This document shows, in pieces, positions 9,748 to 18,239 of a stretch of DNA of 64,000 nt. The notes below the pieces were generated by a model. That model was given only the letters and a program-made list of their open reading frames with translations, ran no database searches and was not told the DNA's origin. The position numbers and the translations under genes are program-made. The stretch comes from Chthoniobacteraceae bacterium (GTDB lineage Bacteria; Verrucomicrobiota; Verrucomicrobiia; Chthoniobacterales; Chthoniobacteraceae): the NCBI GenBank assembly GCA_031409655.1, contig JANNXQ010000107.1, positions 75,566 to 139,565 of the forward strand, given 5' to 3'. The stretch's first letter is position 1. Each line of letters starts with the position of its first letter.

Positions 9748-11315
9748 TCCCCGCGATCGTCGTCTTCATCTATCTCGCGATCATCCTCTACGTGGGGATG
9801 TTTGCCTTCCGCAAGAGCACCGGCTCGAAGGAGGATTTCTTCCTCGCGAGCCGGTCGCTCGGGCCGTGGGTTTTTCTGCTCACGGTCTTCGGCACAAACA
9901 TGACGGCCTTCGCCATCCTCGGCAGCTCGGGCCTCGCATATCAGCGCGGCATCGGCGTTTACGGGCTCATGGCTTCGTCGTCCGGGCTGATTATTCCGCT
10001 CACCATTTTCCTCATCGGCACGCGGCTGTGGTCGCTCGGGAAAAAGCATGGCTATATGACGCAGGTGCAGTATTTCCGCGACCGCTGGGAGTGCGATGCC
10101 ATCGGCACGCTCATCTTCGCCGTTACCGCGCTGATGATGATCCCGTATGTCGTCATCGGCATGATGGGCGGCGGCCACACGCTCGATAGTCTCAGCGATG
10201 GATGGGTGCCCTACTGGCTTGGCGGCGCGATCGTCGCGGTTGTGGTGATGCTCTACGTTTTCTTTGGCGGCATGCGGGGCGTGGCGTGGGTGAATGCGCT
10301 CCAAACCGTGCTCTTCCTGTGCTTCGGCGCGATCGCCTTCTACCTCATCTCGCGCAACCTCGGCGGCTACGACCGGATCATGGCCGAGATCGCCGCGAAC
10401 CCGAAGGACTCCACGCTGCTCACCCGCGCGCGCATCTCGCCGCAGGAGTTCTTCAGCTACACCTTCATCCCGCTCTCCGCGATGATGTTTCCACACATGG
10501 CTATCATGTGCATGACGGCGGAAAAGGTGACGTCCTTCAAGCGCACGGTCATCTGGTATCCCATCTGCATCCTGCTCATCTGGCTGCCCAGCGTGTATCT
10601 CGGCGTCATCGCCGCGCATCAGTTCCCCGGCCTCAAGCTCGGCGAATCCGACGACGTCATCCTGCGCCTGCTCAGCGACAACACCGATGTCGTCGTAGCC
10701 GGCATTCTCGGCGCGGCGATCATGGCCTGCGTCATGGCGACCGATTCGCAGATCATGGCGCTGAGCACCATGTTTAGTCAGGATGTCTTCGCGCACTACG
10801 GCGGCGCGAAGAAATACGGCGAGAACGTGCAGGTCTGGATGGGTCGCGCGTTTGTCATCGTCATCGCCATCGTCAGCTACGCCCTCGCGCTCGCGCTGGA
10901 GGGACAGAAATCCATCTTCGATCTCGCCATCCGCTTCGGCTTCTCCGGCTTCGCTGCACTCGCACCGGTGATGCTCGCCGCGCTCTTCTGGCGGCGGAGT
11001 AATAAATGGGGCGCCCTCGCCGCCGTGCTCTGGGTCGTCTCCTCCATGACCCTGCTCTGGTGGCTGCAACTCCACTCCAACGGTCTCGCACCCAAACCCG
11101 GCCAGCCGCCCGTGCCCATCTTCGCCGAACTCGGCAGCCTCTTCCTCCGCACGCCGATGAACGTGACCATCTTCGGCTACATGCCCGTGATGTTCATGTG
11201 CCTCGGCTCCGCGTTCTGGATGGCGCTCGTGAGCCTGCTCACACCCGCTCCTTCACGACCCACGATCGAGAAATTTTTCCCATCATCCAAACCCAAGCTT
11301 CTTCCCGCCGCATGA
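9744..11315 (+). CDS. Sodium:solute symporter family protein
   Basis: DFFLASRSLG, YVFFGGMRGVAWVNALQ and MATDSQ motifs; many TM helices. Confidence 0.92.
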   Translation: MIPAIVVFIYLAIILYVGMFAFRKSTGSKEDFFLASRSLGPWVFLLTVFGTNMTAFAILGSSGLAYQRGIGVYGLMASSSGLIIPLTIFLIGTRLWSLGKKHGYMTQVQYFRDRWECDAIGTLIFAVTALMMIPYVVIGMMGGGHTLDSLSDGWVPYWLGGAIVAVVVMLYVFFGGMRGVAWVNALQTVLFLCFGAIAFYLISRNLGGYDRIMAEIAANPKDSTLLTRARISPQEFFSYTFIPLSAMMFPHMAIMCMTAEKVTSFKRTVIWYPICILLIWLPSVYLGVIAAHQFPGLKLGESDDVILRLLSDNTDVVVAGILGAAIMACVMATDSQIMALSTMFSQDVFAHYGGAKKYGENVQVWMGRAFVIVIAIVSYALALALEGQKSIFDLAIRFGFSGFAALAPVMLAALFWRRSNKWGALAAVLWVVSSMTLLWWLQLHSNGLAPKPGQPPVPIFAELGSLFLRTPMNVTIFGYMPVMFMCLGSAFWMALVSLLTPAPSRPTIEKFFPSSKPKLLPAA

Positions 11316-11387
11316 ATGGAGCGCCGCGAGTGCGGGCACCGTTTTCAAGTGCGCGAGCAAAAGTTCGTCGAGTGAGTGGTCGAGCAT
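11313..11387 (-). pseudogene. 5' fragment of the next phage-like gene
   Basis: ATG 5 nt after the stop of the head-tail-like gene (MLDHSLDELLLAHLKTVPALAALH), then runs into the end of the SSS gene. Confidence 0.35.
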
Positions 11388-11392
11388 GGCGT

Positions 11393-11808
11393 TTAGTCCT
11401 CCGGCTCGACGACGAGCACGATCATCGGGAATTGCGGGTGGTCGGTGACTCGCGTGATGCGGTAGGTCACGCCCTGGAACGCCAGCGTTTCGCCGAGCTT
11501 GGGCCGATCCGCACCAAGCTCAGAGCGCAGCACCTTCATCGTGCAATCACCGTTGCCAGCGACTCGCCCACCCGCCCACCTCCCTATTCCCTTCCTCCTC
11601 CTCGGCCTTCCGGCGCGGCCCTTCGGGCTGCCTGCGGCAGGCTGTCTCGCTCCGCTCGGCTCGCATCGAATCCACCAAGGCCGAGGTCTTGGCTCAGCGG
11701 GTTATCGGACACGAGCGCGTGAAGCGTTCGCCCCTTCCAAACAATTTCCTCGCCAATGGCGGCGAGAACCTCGGCGAGCGCGGCGGCTTTTTCATCGTGA
11801 AGACTCAT
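11393..11808 (-). pseudogene. Phage head-tail joining-like protein interrupted by a 107-bp repeat insertion
   Basis: Removing 11552-11658 gives one continuous frame: MSLHDEKAAALAEVLAAIGEEIVWKGRTLHALVSDNPLSQDLGLGGFDAS-GDCTMKVLRSELGADRPKLGETLAFQGVTYRITRVTDHPQFPMIVLVVEPED*. The PKLGE.L...G..YRI pattern resembles gpFII-like connectors. Confidence 0.6.
11552..11658. repeat. Composite palindromic insertion (REP-like)
   Basis: Contains the GCCTGCGGCAGGC hairpin and a GCCGAGGAGGAGGAAGGGAATAGGGAGG...GGGCGAG arm also found at 14923-15071. Confidence 0.65.
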
Positions 11809-11867
11809 GCCGCTGCGCGGCTGTCAAAGGCTCCGTTTTCTGATCGCGGCGATTCGCCGCCTCCGCG

Positions 11868-12785
11868 CTATCGATTGAAGACTGGAATGGAATACGCGCG
11901 TGAAGACGTGCGGTATTCGCGGGGAGCGCTGCCGATGTGCCGAGTGAAGCAGGCGGTGAGGTGGCTGTGGCTGGAAAAGCCGCAGTCGAGCGCGATGGTG
12001 GTGATGTCCTTTTGCGTGCTGATCAACTGGTGTTGTGCGCGACGCAGGCGCTGACGAATGATGTATTGGGCGGGCGTGCTGCCGAACGCTTTGCGGAAGG
12101 CGACGAGAATCTGGTGCGTGGTGAGGGCCGCGAGCGCCGCGAGTTCGGCCAGCGTGACGCGTCCGTCGAGACGGGCGTCGATGTGATCCCGCAGCAGGCG
12201 GATCGTGCGCGCATCGAGGCTGGGGCCACGTTCCCGTTTGCGATCCGCAACGAGTCCGTCGGGAGCAAGCGACCGCAGCAAGTGGAGGCCGATGCTTTGG
12301 CTGAGCGACTCGGCAAGCATCGCGGAGACATCGTCGCTCGAATGCGTGGCTGCGAGGAGTGCGCGCACGGCGTGGTGCAGGAAGTCATCCCGCACGCCGG
12401 CCACGGGCGCGATGTCCTGCCGCCCGTTCGTGGAGCCGCGCACGAGGTCACCCGCATCGGGTCGAAGGCGAAGCACCGCATATTCGATGGCCTGGCCGCA
12501 CGCGTGGCTCGCATACCTGCGCCCGGCGGGAACCGTCCAGATTTCCCCCGGCAGGGCCGGACCGTTGCTGCCCCCGAATCCGTCGAGTTCCGTTTCGAGA
12601 CGGTCCATGTGCCCGCTGAGATGGATGACGATGGAATGCACAGGCTCGCAGATGCGCCAATCTGTAGGCCGACGAATGTCGTCGCCGCGGTGAATGACCT
12701 CGAGGCCGGGGAAACGCGTTTGCGTTTCCTCCAGCACGACGGCGGCGGCACCATCGCCGATGCGGGTAGCGGGCTTGCGAGGCAT
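11868..12785 (-). CDS. AraC family transcriptional regulator
   Basis: C-terminal double HTH (AFRKAFGSTPAQYI...IALDCGFSSHSHLTACFTRHIGSAPREYR). Start set at MPRKP. Confidence 0.88.
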   Translation of the reverse strand: MPRKPATRIGDGAAAVVLEETQTRFPGLEVIHRGDDIRRPTDWRICEPVHSIVIHLSGHMDRLETELDGFGGSNGPALPGEIWTVPAGRRYASHACGQAIEYAVLRLRPDAGDLVRGSTNGRQDIAPVAGVRDDFLHHAVRALLAATHSSDDVSAMLAESLSQSIGLHLLRSLAPDGLVADRKRERGPSLDARTIRLLRDHIDARLDGRVTLAELAALAALTTHQILVAFRKAFGSTPAQYIIRQRLRRAQHQLISTQKDITTIALDCGFSSHSHLTACFTRHIGSAPREYRTSSRAYSIPVFNR

Positions 12786-12901
12786 GGCCGGAGTGTGTGG
12801 TGCGCCATGTGCGCGGCAAGTTTGAAAGTGCGCCGGAGAAATTGAAAGCGGATCGCCGCCGCCGTCGCTAAAAGTGAATTTGAAACCCAAACAACAAACT
12901 T

Positions 12902-13675
12902 ATGAGCAAGCACAGCATCAAAGACAAAGTCGTCCTCGTCGGCGGCGGAGCCAAGAACCTCGGTGGCCTCATCAGCCGCGACCTCGCCGCGCAGGGCGCG
13001 AAAGCCGTGGTCGTCCACTACAACAGCGCTGCCACAAAAGCGGCCGCGGATGAAACCGTCGCGGCAGTGAAGGCGCTCGGCGCGGGAGCCATCGCCGTCG
13101 CCGGAGACCTCTCGAAGCCCGCGAACAACGCGGCGCTTTTCGCCGCAGCGGTCAAGGAATTCGGCGGCGTGGACATCGCGATAAACACCACCGGCATGGT
13201 CATCAAGAAACCCATCGTGGATGTCACCGAGGATGACTTCGACAAAATCTTCGCCGTGAATGCCAAAGCCGCATTCTTCTTTATGCAGGAGGCCGGCAGA
13301 AAGCTGAACGACGGCGGAAAAATCTGCACCATCGTGTCGTCGCTGCTCGCGGCTTACACGGACGGCTACTCGATCTATCCCGGCTCGAAGGCACCCGTGG
13401 AGCACTACACGCGTGCGGCCTCAAAGGAATTCGGCCCGCGCTGTATCTCCGTCACCGCCGTCGGCCCCGGTCCGATGGAGACGCCGTTCTTTTACGGTCA
13501 GGAAACGGATGCCTCGGCGAAATACAACCAGACCGCCGCAGCGCTCAGTCCCTTCACCAAGACGGGCCTCACCGACCCCGCCGACATCGTGACGCTCGTG
13601 CGCTACCTCGTGAGCGACGGCTGGTGGATCACCGGCCAGACCATCTTTGCCAACGGCGGCTACACGACACGATGA
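12902..13675 (+). CDS. Short-chain dehydrogenase/reductase
   Basis: GGGAKNLG, YPGSK (YxxxK), GPGPMET, WITGQTIFANGG. Confidence 0.92.
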   Translation: MSKHSIKDKVVLVGGGAKNLGGLISRDLAAQGAKAVVVHYNSAATKAAADETVAAVKALGAGAIAVAGDLSKPANNAALFAAAVKEFGGVDIAINTTGMVIKKPIVDVTEDDFDKIFAVNAKAAFFFMQEAGRKLNDGGKICTIVSSLLAAYTDGYSIYPGSKAPVEHYTRAASKEFGPRCISVTAVGPGPMETPFFYGQETDASAKYNQTAAALSPFTKTGLTDPADIVTLVRYLVSDGWWITGQTIFANGGYTTR

Positions 13676-13676
13676 G

Positions 13677-13949
13677 ATGCACACGCTGCTAGTCGTTGCC
13701 GGGGGCTTCCTGCTGCTCGGGCTTTGCCTGCTCGTGGCGAAACTCATGGGTGGCGCACCCGCGGCGTTCGCGCGCGCCGCGCTCGTATTCCTTCCGCTCT
13801 GGTTCGTCGGCGCCGGCGTGAACCTGTGGATTGGCGTGGCCACAGCCGGCTACACCGTGCGTGAGGAACTGCCCATCTTCGCACTGGTCTTTACGGTGCC
13901 GGCTGCGGTTGCGATGCTGGTGTGGTTCGCGTATCGCGACAGACATTGA
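13677..13949 (+). CDS. Small membrane protein (about three TM segments)
   Basis: ATG 1 nt after the SDR stop; hydrophobic; NLWIGV..AGYTVREELP motif. Confidence 0.7.
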   Translation: MHTLLVVAGGFLLLGLCLLVAKLMGGAPAAFARAALVFLPLWFVGAGVNLWIGVATAGYTVREELPIFALVFTVPAAVAMLVWFAYRDRH

Positions 13950-13952
13950 TTT

Positions 13953-14540
13953 ATGGAAAAAGGACGACTCGAAGCCTTCAGCGATGGCGTCATCGCAATC
14001 ATCATCACGATCATGGTGCTGGAGATGAAAGTGCCGCACGGCGCGGACTGGGCCACGCTCCAGCCGCTGCTGCCCGTCTTTCTCTGTTATGTGCTGAGCT
14101 TTCTCTACGTCGGCATCTATTGGAACAATCACCACCATCTCCTGAAGGTCTGCCGCCGCGTGACCGGCGGAATCATGTGGGCCAACCTGCACCTGCTGTT
14201 CTGGCTCTCGCTCTTTCCATTTGTCACCGGCTGGATGGGTGAAAATCACTTCGCCGCCAGCCCGACCGCCCTCTACGGCGCGGCGCTCTTCTGCGCCGCC
14301 ATCGCTTACTACATTCTGCAGAGGCTCATCCTCATTCACCACGGCAATAAGTCGCGGCTGGCTGAGGCGATTGGCTGCGACTGGAAAGGCAAGCTCTCCC
14401 CCGTGCTTTATCTTGCCGGTATCGGCCTGTCGTTTTGGCAGCCTGTCCTGGCGGGCGCGATTTATGTTCTCGTCGCGCTGATGTGGCTCGTGCCGGATCG
14501 CCGAATTGAACGCGCAATCGAAGGTGGCGATGAAGGATGA
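13953..14540 (+). CDS. TMEM175/DUF1211 family K+ channel-like protein
   Basis: RLEAFSDGVIAIIITIMVLE (RxxxFSD signature) and YWNNHHH. Confidence 0.9.
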   Translation: MEKGRLEAFSDGVIAIIITIMVLEMKVPHGADWATLQPLLPVFLCYVLSFLYVGIYWNNHHHLLKVCRRVTGGIMWANLHLLFWLSLFPFVTGWMGENHFAASPTALYGAALFCAAIAYYILQRLILIHHGNKSRLAEAIGCDWKGKLSPVLYLAGIGLSFWQPVLAGAIYVLVALMWLVPDRRIERAIEGGDEG

Positions 14541-14691
14541 AACCCCGCTGCCGTTTCCAGCAGTGGAGCTCGCAACCACCGAATGATGTCAGCCGCACTT
14601 ACGGCTTCACGATGCGCTTGATGCCGCCGGCGATGGCCTGCTTCCAGCCGTAGAGGCACTCGACCGTGACGAAGATGCGGTTGCTGCTCGT

Positions 14692-14756
14692 TTGCCGCTC
14701 CGGCGGCTATGCAGTATCCGCTCCGCGTTTGTGGGAGAGCGCTTCCGCGCGGCGCA
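14692..14756. repeat. 65-bp mini insertion element, copy A
   Basis: Minus strand reads TGC...GCCGCCGGAGCGGCAA, inserted at CCGAA^AC; homologous to copy B. Confidence 0.75.
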
Positions 14757-14792
14757 TTCGGTGTAGCGCAGGTAGCCGAAGGTGAGGCCAGT

Positions 14793-14858
14793 TTGCCGCT
14801 CCGGCGGCCATGCAGAGAGCGCTCCGCGAGTTCGGCCGTGCGCTTCCGCGCAATTGCA
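14793..14858. repeat. 66-bp mini insertion element, copy B
   Basis: Same ends and same CCGAA^AC target as copy A; in frame (22 codons). Confidence 0.75.
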
Positions 14859-14922
14859 TTCGGGGTCGGTGACGGCACCGGCCTCGTCGTATTCGGCGAC
14901 GGGTTCGAGGTAGCGCATGGCG

Positions 14923-15071
14923 ACCGCCGAGGAGGCGGAGGGGAATAAGGAGGCTGGTGGACGGGCGAGCCGCTGGAGACGAGCGTTTCGAGGACGTTGA
15001 GCGCCGTCTCGCTCGCCTCGCTGCTCGCCCGCCCGCTGACTACCTCTATTCCCTTCCGCCACCTCGGCGGT
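14923..15071. repeat. Inverted-repeat (MITE/REPIN-like) element with ~48-bp imperfect arms
   Basis: ACCGCCGAGGAGGCGGAGGGGAATAAGG...GGGCGAGC (14923-14970) pairs with GCTCGCCC...TATTCCCTTCCGCCACCTCGGCGGT (15023-15071). Confidence 0.7.
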
Positions 15072-15396
15072 GTAGCTGCCGGCGAACTCGCTGGACTGCG
15101 ACGGAGCGCCGACCACGGGCACGCGCACGGTGTCGAGTTTGTCCGCCGGTTCCGGCGAGAAGTTCGTGGAAAAGGCGCGCAGCGGGAGCAGTCCGGCCAC
15201 AAGCTGCGACGGCATTAATGAGTCCAAGGACGCGCCCACGATGGCCCCGTCAGATGCGTTCGCGCCGCACATCAGGCGCTGCCGGCGGCACGGCGCATTT
15301 GCATCTCCAGACGGCGAACGGACGGTTGTGCTCTTGCGCGCGAGCGCCGATCAATAGGCTATTCTTATCATCCAAACCCACGCCGCTTCCATCCAC

Positions 15397-16320
15397 ATGA
15401 ATACACTGACCACGACCGAAACCGAAGCCATCCTCACCCTTTGCCTCATCGCGTCCTTCGCCGATGGCGACAAACACGAACGCGAACGCCAGCAACTCAA
15501 GAAGATCACCGACTCGCTCGCCGGCGGGGAGGTGGACATCACCGCGCTCTATCAGCAAGTGCTGCTGAACAATCCCGACGTCGCCGCAGTCGCCGCGCGC
15601 CTGCTCACTCCCGGTGCCCGCCAGCTCGCCTACGAGATGGCCGTGTGCGTGTGCGATGCGGATGAAGTGTGCAACCCCGCCGAACAGCAATTCCTCGATG
15701 AACTGCGCACCGCGCTCGCCCTGCCCACCGCCAGCACGCAACCGGTGGACGCCGAAGCCACCGCGCTCGCCACCATTCCCGTGGCCTCACCCGCGCCCGC
15801 GCAATCCGAGGAAACCGACGCCATGATCCTGCGCTACGCCATCGTCGGCGGCGCTCTGGAGCTACTCCCGCAGACCCTGGCCACGCTCGCCATCGTGCCC
15901 ATGCAGACCAAGATGGTCTATCGCATCGGCAGCCAGCGCGGCGTCGAACTCGACCGCAAATCCATCGTCGAGTTCATGGCCACGGTCGGCATCGGCATGG
16001 CCTCGCAAGTCTTCGAAGGCTTCGCGCGGCGGCTCACCAAAGGACTTGGCAAAGCCGTCGCCGGCAAAATGGGCGGCAAGATCGGCGACGCCGTCGGTGG
16101 CATCGCCATGTCCTTCGGCGCCACCTACGCGCTCGGGCAACTGGCGAAACTCTACTACGACAGCGGCCGCAGCCTGAGCATGGAGACGCTCAAAGCCAAA
16201 TACCCGCCGCTCCTCGCCGAAGGAAAAACGCTCGCGCAAAAATACACCACGCAGATCACCGAGCAGAGCCAGCGGCTCCAGGGGGCCGGCCTCAGCACGC
16301 TGTTGAAGAAGGTGATCTAA
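15397..16320 (+). CDS. TerB-like + DUF697-like protein
   Basis: N-terminal ASFADG...ER and VCDADE..NPAEQQFL repeats (TerB fold); C-terminal LAIVPMQTKMVYRIG...ATYALG. Confidence 0.75.
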   Translation: MNTLTTTETEAILTLCLIASFADGDKHERERQQLKKITDSLAGGEVDITALYQQVLLNNPDVAAVAARLLTPGARQLAYEMAVCVCDADEVCNPAEQQFLDELRTALALPTASTQPVDAEATALATIPVASPAPAQSEETDAMILRYAIVGGALELLPQTLATLAIVPMQTKMVYRIGSQRGVELDRKSIVEFMATVGIGMASQVFEGFARRLTKGLGKAVAGKMGGKIGDAVGGIAMSFGATYALGQLAKLYYDSGRSLSMETLKAKYPPLLAEGKTLAQKYTTQITEQSQRLQGAGLSTLLKKVI

Positions 16321-16474
16321 ATGGACGCCAGCGAGGCCAGCCTGCTCTTGCCGGCAACACTCCCGCTGCGTGCCACAGCACCTCCTCCGCCGCGCTCCCA
16401 TAGAACGCACGGCATGCGCGAAAAGCTCGCCCACTTCGGTCTCCACTCCGCCCAGGGGCAGGCGTAGATAGGTC

Positions 16475-16684
16475 ATGCGTATTGCCCTCAGCATCGCTGC
16501 CGGCGCGGCTATTTTTCTTGGCCTCTGGCTGATCGCTTCTGGATTCACCGAGTCCGCGCCAGAGACGGCACCATCCTCCTTAGTCGTCTCCGCACCGCCC
16601 CAGACTGCGACCCCCATCGTGCTTGGTACGGCCCTGCTCGCGGGCGGTGTCATTTTTCTCGTGCTGATTTTGAGGAGAAGGTAG
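16475..16684 (+). CDS. Small two-TM hypothetical protein
   Basis: 69 aa; two hydrophobic helices and a basic C-terminus (LRRR). Confidence 0.5.
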   Translation: MRIALSIAAGAAIFLGLWLIASGFTESAPETAPSSLVVSAPPQTATPIVLGTALLAGGVIFLVLILRRR

Positions 16685-16777
16685 CCCCGAAAAGGAAATC
16701 GCTCTTGCCTGCCGGAAGGACGGGGCGCGTCCGTCATCCCATCTTCCGGCAATGACCTGACTGTTCGCGCCGTGAGA

Positions 16778-16902
16778 ACGGCGACATCGAGCCAGCGGCG
16801 TTCCGAGCGCTCGCCGAATTGCGGCGAGGCCAGCAGGCGATCCACGACATTCTCAAACGCCGCGGGCAAGGTGTCTCAGAGGAAGGCGCCGATCTCCTGC
16901 GG
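16778..16902 (-). pseudogene. DUF1549 (PSCyt2-type) gene fragment
   Basis: [40 protein letters not shown] resembles the DUF1549 [14 protein letters not shown]..HWLD motif; in-frame TGA at 16876-16878. Confidence 0.65.
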
Positions 16903-16973
16903 TCCTTCCGCGGCGTTCCAAACCCTGCAACGCCGCAGAGTTTGCACTTCGTTTTTTCCGAAGGCCGGTGCGG

Positions 16974-18239
16974 CTAGGGCTGCGGGCGCAGCCGGTAGAA
17001 ATGCCGCGCGGACAGCGGCGGCTCGAGGCGTTCGAGGAAGGGGCCTCCCGCCCACGGCAGCGGCGCCCACGATTGCAGATCGGGGGAGGTCTCGAGCGAG
17101 CCACCCTGCCAGTCGAGCTTCAGGAAATCTCCGGTGCGGGCGAGTGCGAGCGGACTCGGCGACGCGAGCGGTGGCAAGCCCACGGCGTCGATCGCCGTCC
17201 GCACATGGGTGAGGACGCGGAGATTGTTCAACCCGGTCGCGGAGAAACCGCTGGCTTGAAACAGGAAGATGATGCCGCGCAGATCGCGCTTCCGATCCAC
17301 CCATGGAAATGTCCCGAACGCGCCCGGGCTGGTGACTTCCTCGACGATACCGCTCACCGGATTCTGCGCGAGAATCCACGAGCCCATCCCGTAGTCCGGA
17401 CGTTGCGGATAGGGGTAGTAGAGCGACGGCGGCCAAGGACTGTAATACTCCGGCAACCCAAGCGTCTGATTCGTGAAAAATTCCTGCACGCTACGGCTCG
17501 ACATCACCGGCATCCCAGTCGTCGAAAGCCCGTTGTTCGTTACCATGCGAAGGAATTTCAGATAATCCTCCGCGCTGCAGCGGGCGCCGCCGGCGATGGC
17601 GGGATTCGGATCGAAGTAGAGGTAGTCCGCCGTCGTCATCCCGAGCGGATCGAACAGGATTTCGCGTGCGAGCGCTCCCCAACTCTTGCCAGTGGCGACT
17701 TCACAAATCCGCCCGACGACCTGCATCCCATCGCCCTCGTAGGAGAGCTGAGTGCCGGGTGGAAAAGCCACGGGCGTATTCTGCGCGATGAGATCGACGG
17801 ATTGCGCCAGCGTCAGCGTGCGATCGGTCTCGTACTCCGGCGCGTCGAGTTGCAGTCCCGACTTCATGGCAAAACATTGCCGGATGGTGATGTCGCCCTT
17901 TCCGTAAGTGTCGAAGATCGGGAGATAGTGCCCGATGCGATCTTCGAGCCGGAAGTATCCGCGCTCCGCGCAGATGAGCACGACCGCGCCGGAAAGCCAC
18001 TTGGTGCAGGAAGCAATGCCCGCCTTGGTATTCGGCCCGATCGCGCCCGCCTGAAAGCGAAAGATCTCGCCGCGGTCGCCCTGCTCGATGAGCGCGATCA
18101 CGCGGTTGCCGTAGAGGGTCAGGTTATCCTGGAGCTGTGCGGTCGCGGCGGAGAGATCGTAAGTCTGCGCGCGGGCCCAATGATTCGTGAGCAGCGCAAC
18201 GGAAGCGACCAGGATTGCGGAGCGAAAGTGCGGGATCAT
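16974..18239 (-). CDS. Secreted serine hydrolase (beta-lactamase/AmpC-like) with C-terminal domain
   Basis: Signal peptide; ASCTKW (SxxK); FPPGTQLSYEG; SPGAFGTFPWVD. Start MIPHF overlaps the upstream stop (ATGA). Confidence 0.85.
   Translation of the reverse strand: MIPHFRSAILVASVALLTNHWARAQTYDLSAATAQLQDNLTLYGNRVIALIEQGDRGEIFRFQAGAIGPNTKAGIASCTKWLSGAVVLICAERGYFRLEDRIGHYLPIFDTYGKGDITIRQCFAMKSGLQLDAPEYETDRTLTLAQSVDLIAQNTPVAFPPGTQLSYEGDGMQVVGRICEVATGKSWGALAREILFDPLGMTTADYLYFDPNPAIAGGARCSAEDYLKFLRMVTNNGLSTTGMPVMSSRSVQEFFTNQTLGLPEYYSPWPPSLYYPYPQRPDYGMGSWILAQNPVSGIVEEVTSPGAFGTFPWVDRKRDLRGIIFLFQASGFSATGLNNLRVLTHVRTAIDAVGLPPLASPSPLALARTGDFLKLDWQGGSLETSPDLQSWAPLPWAGGPFLERLEPPLSARHFYRLRPQP

Larger units (their letters stand above)
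14599..15215 (-). pseudogene. Degenerate phage major capsid-like gene
   Basis: Segments LLPLRAFSTNFSPEPADKLDTVRVPVVGAP and AVAMRYLEPVAEYDEAGAVTDP(E)TGLTFGYLRYTE(T)SSNRIFVTVECLYGWKQAIAGGIKRIVKP*. Centre replaced by a repeat pair; two further insertions, one causing a frameshift. Capsid identity is pattern recognition. Confidence 0.6.

Noticed and set aside
14690..14862. CRISPR array (two similar units 36 bp apart)
   Set aside because: Only two diverged 65-66 bp units; the 'spacer' is capsid-like coding sequence; no cas genes.
11313..15272. Intact prophage or encapsulin/GTA locus
   Set aside because: The genes are fragmented; no terminase, portal, integrase or tail genes are seen.
5321..16320. 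Tellurite-resistance ter operon (TerC x2 + TerB-like)
   Set aside because: No terA/D/E/Z; the TerB-like gene is 8 kb away; the TerCs are Alx-type.
16321..16467. 48-codon ORF ending MREKLAHFGLHSAQGQA
   Set aside because: Possibly a remnant of a Fis-type HTH tail, but too short to support.
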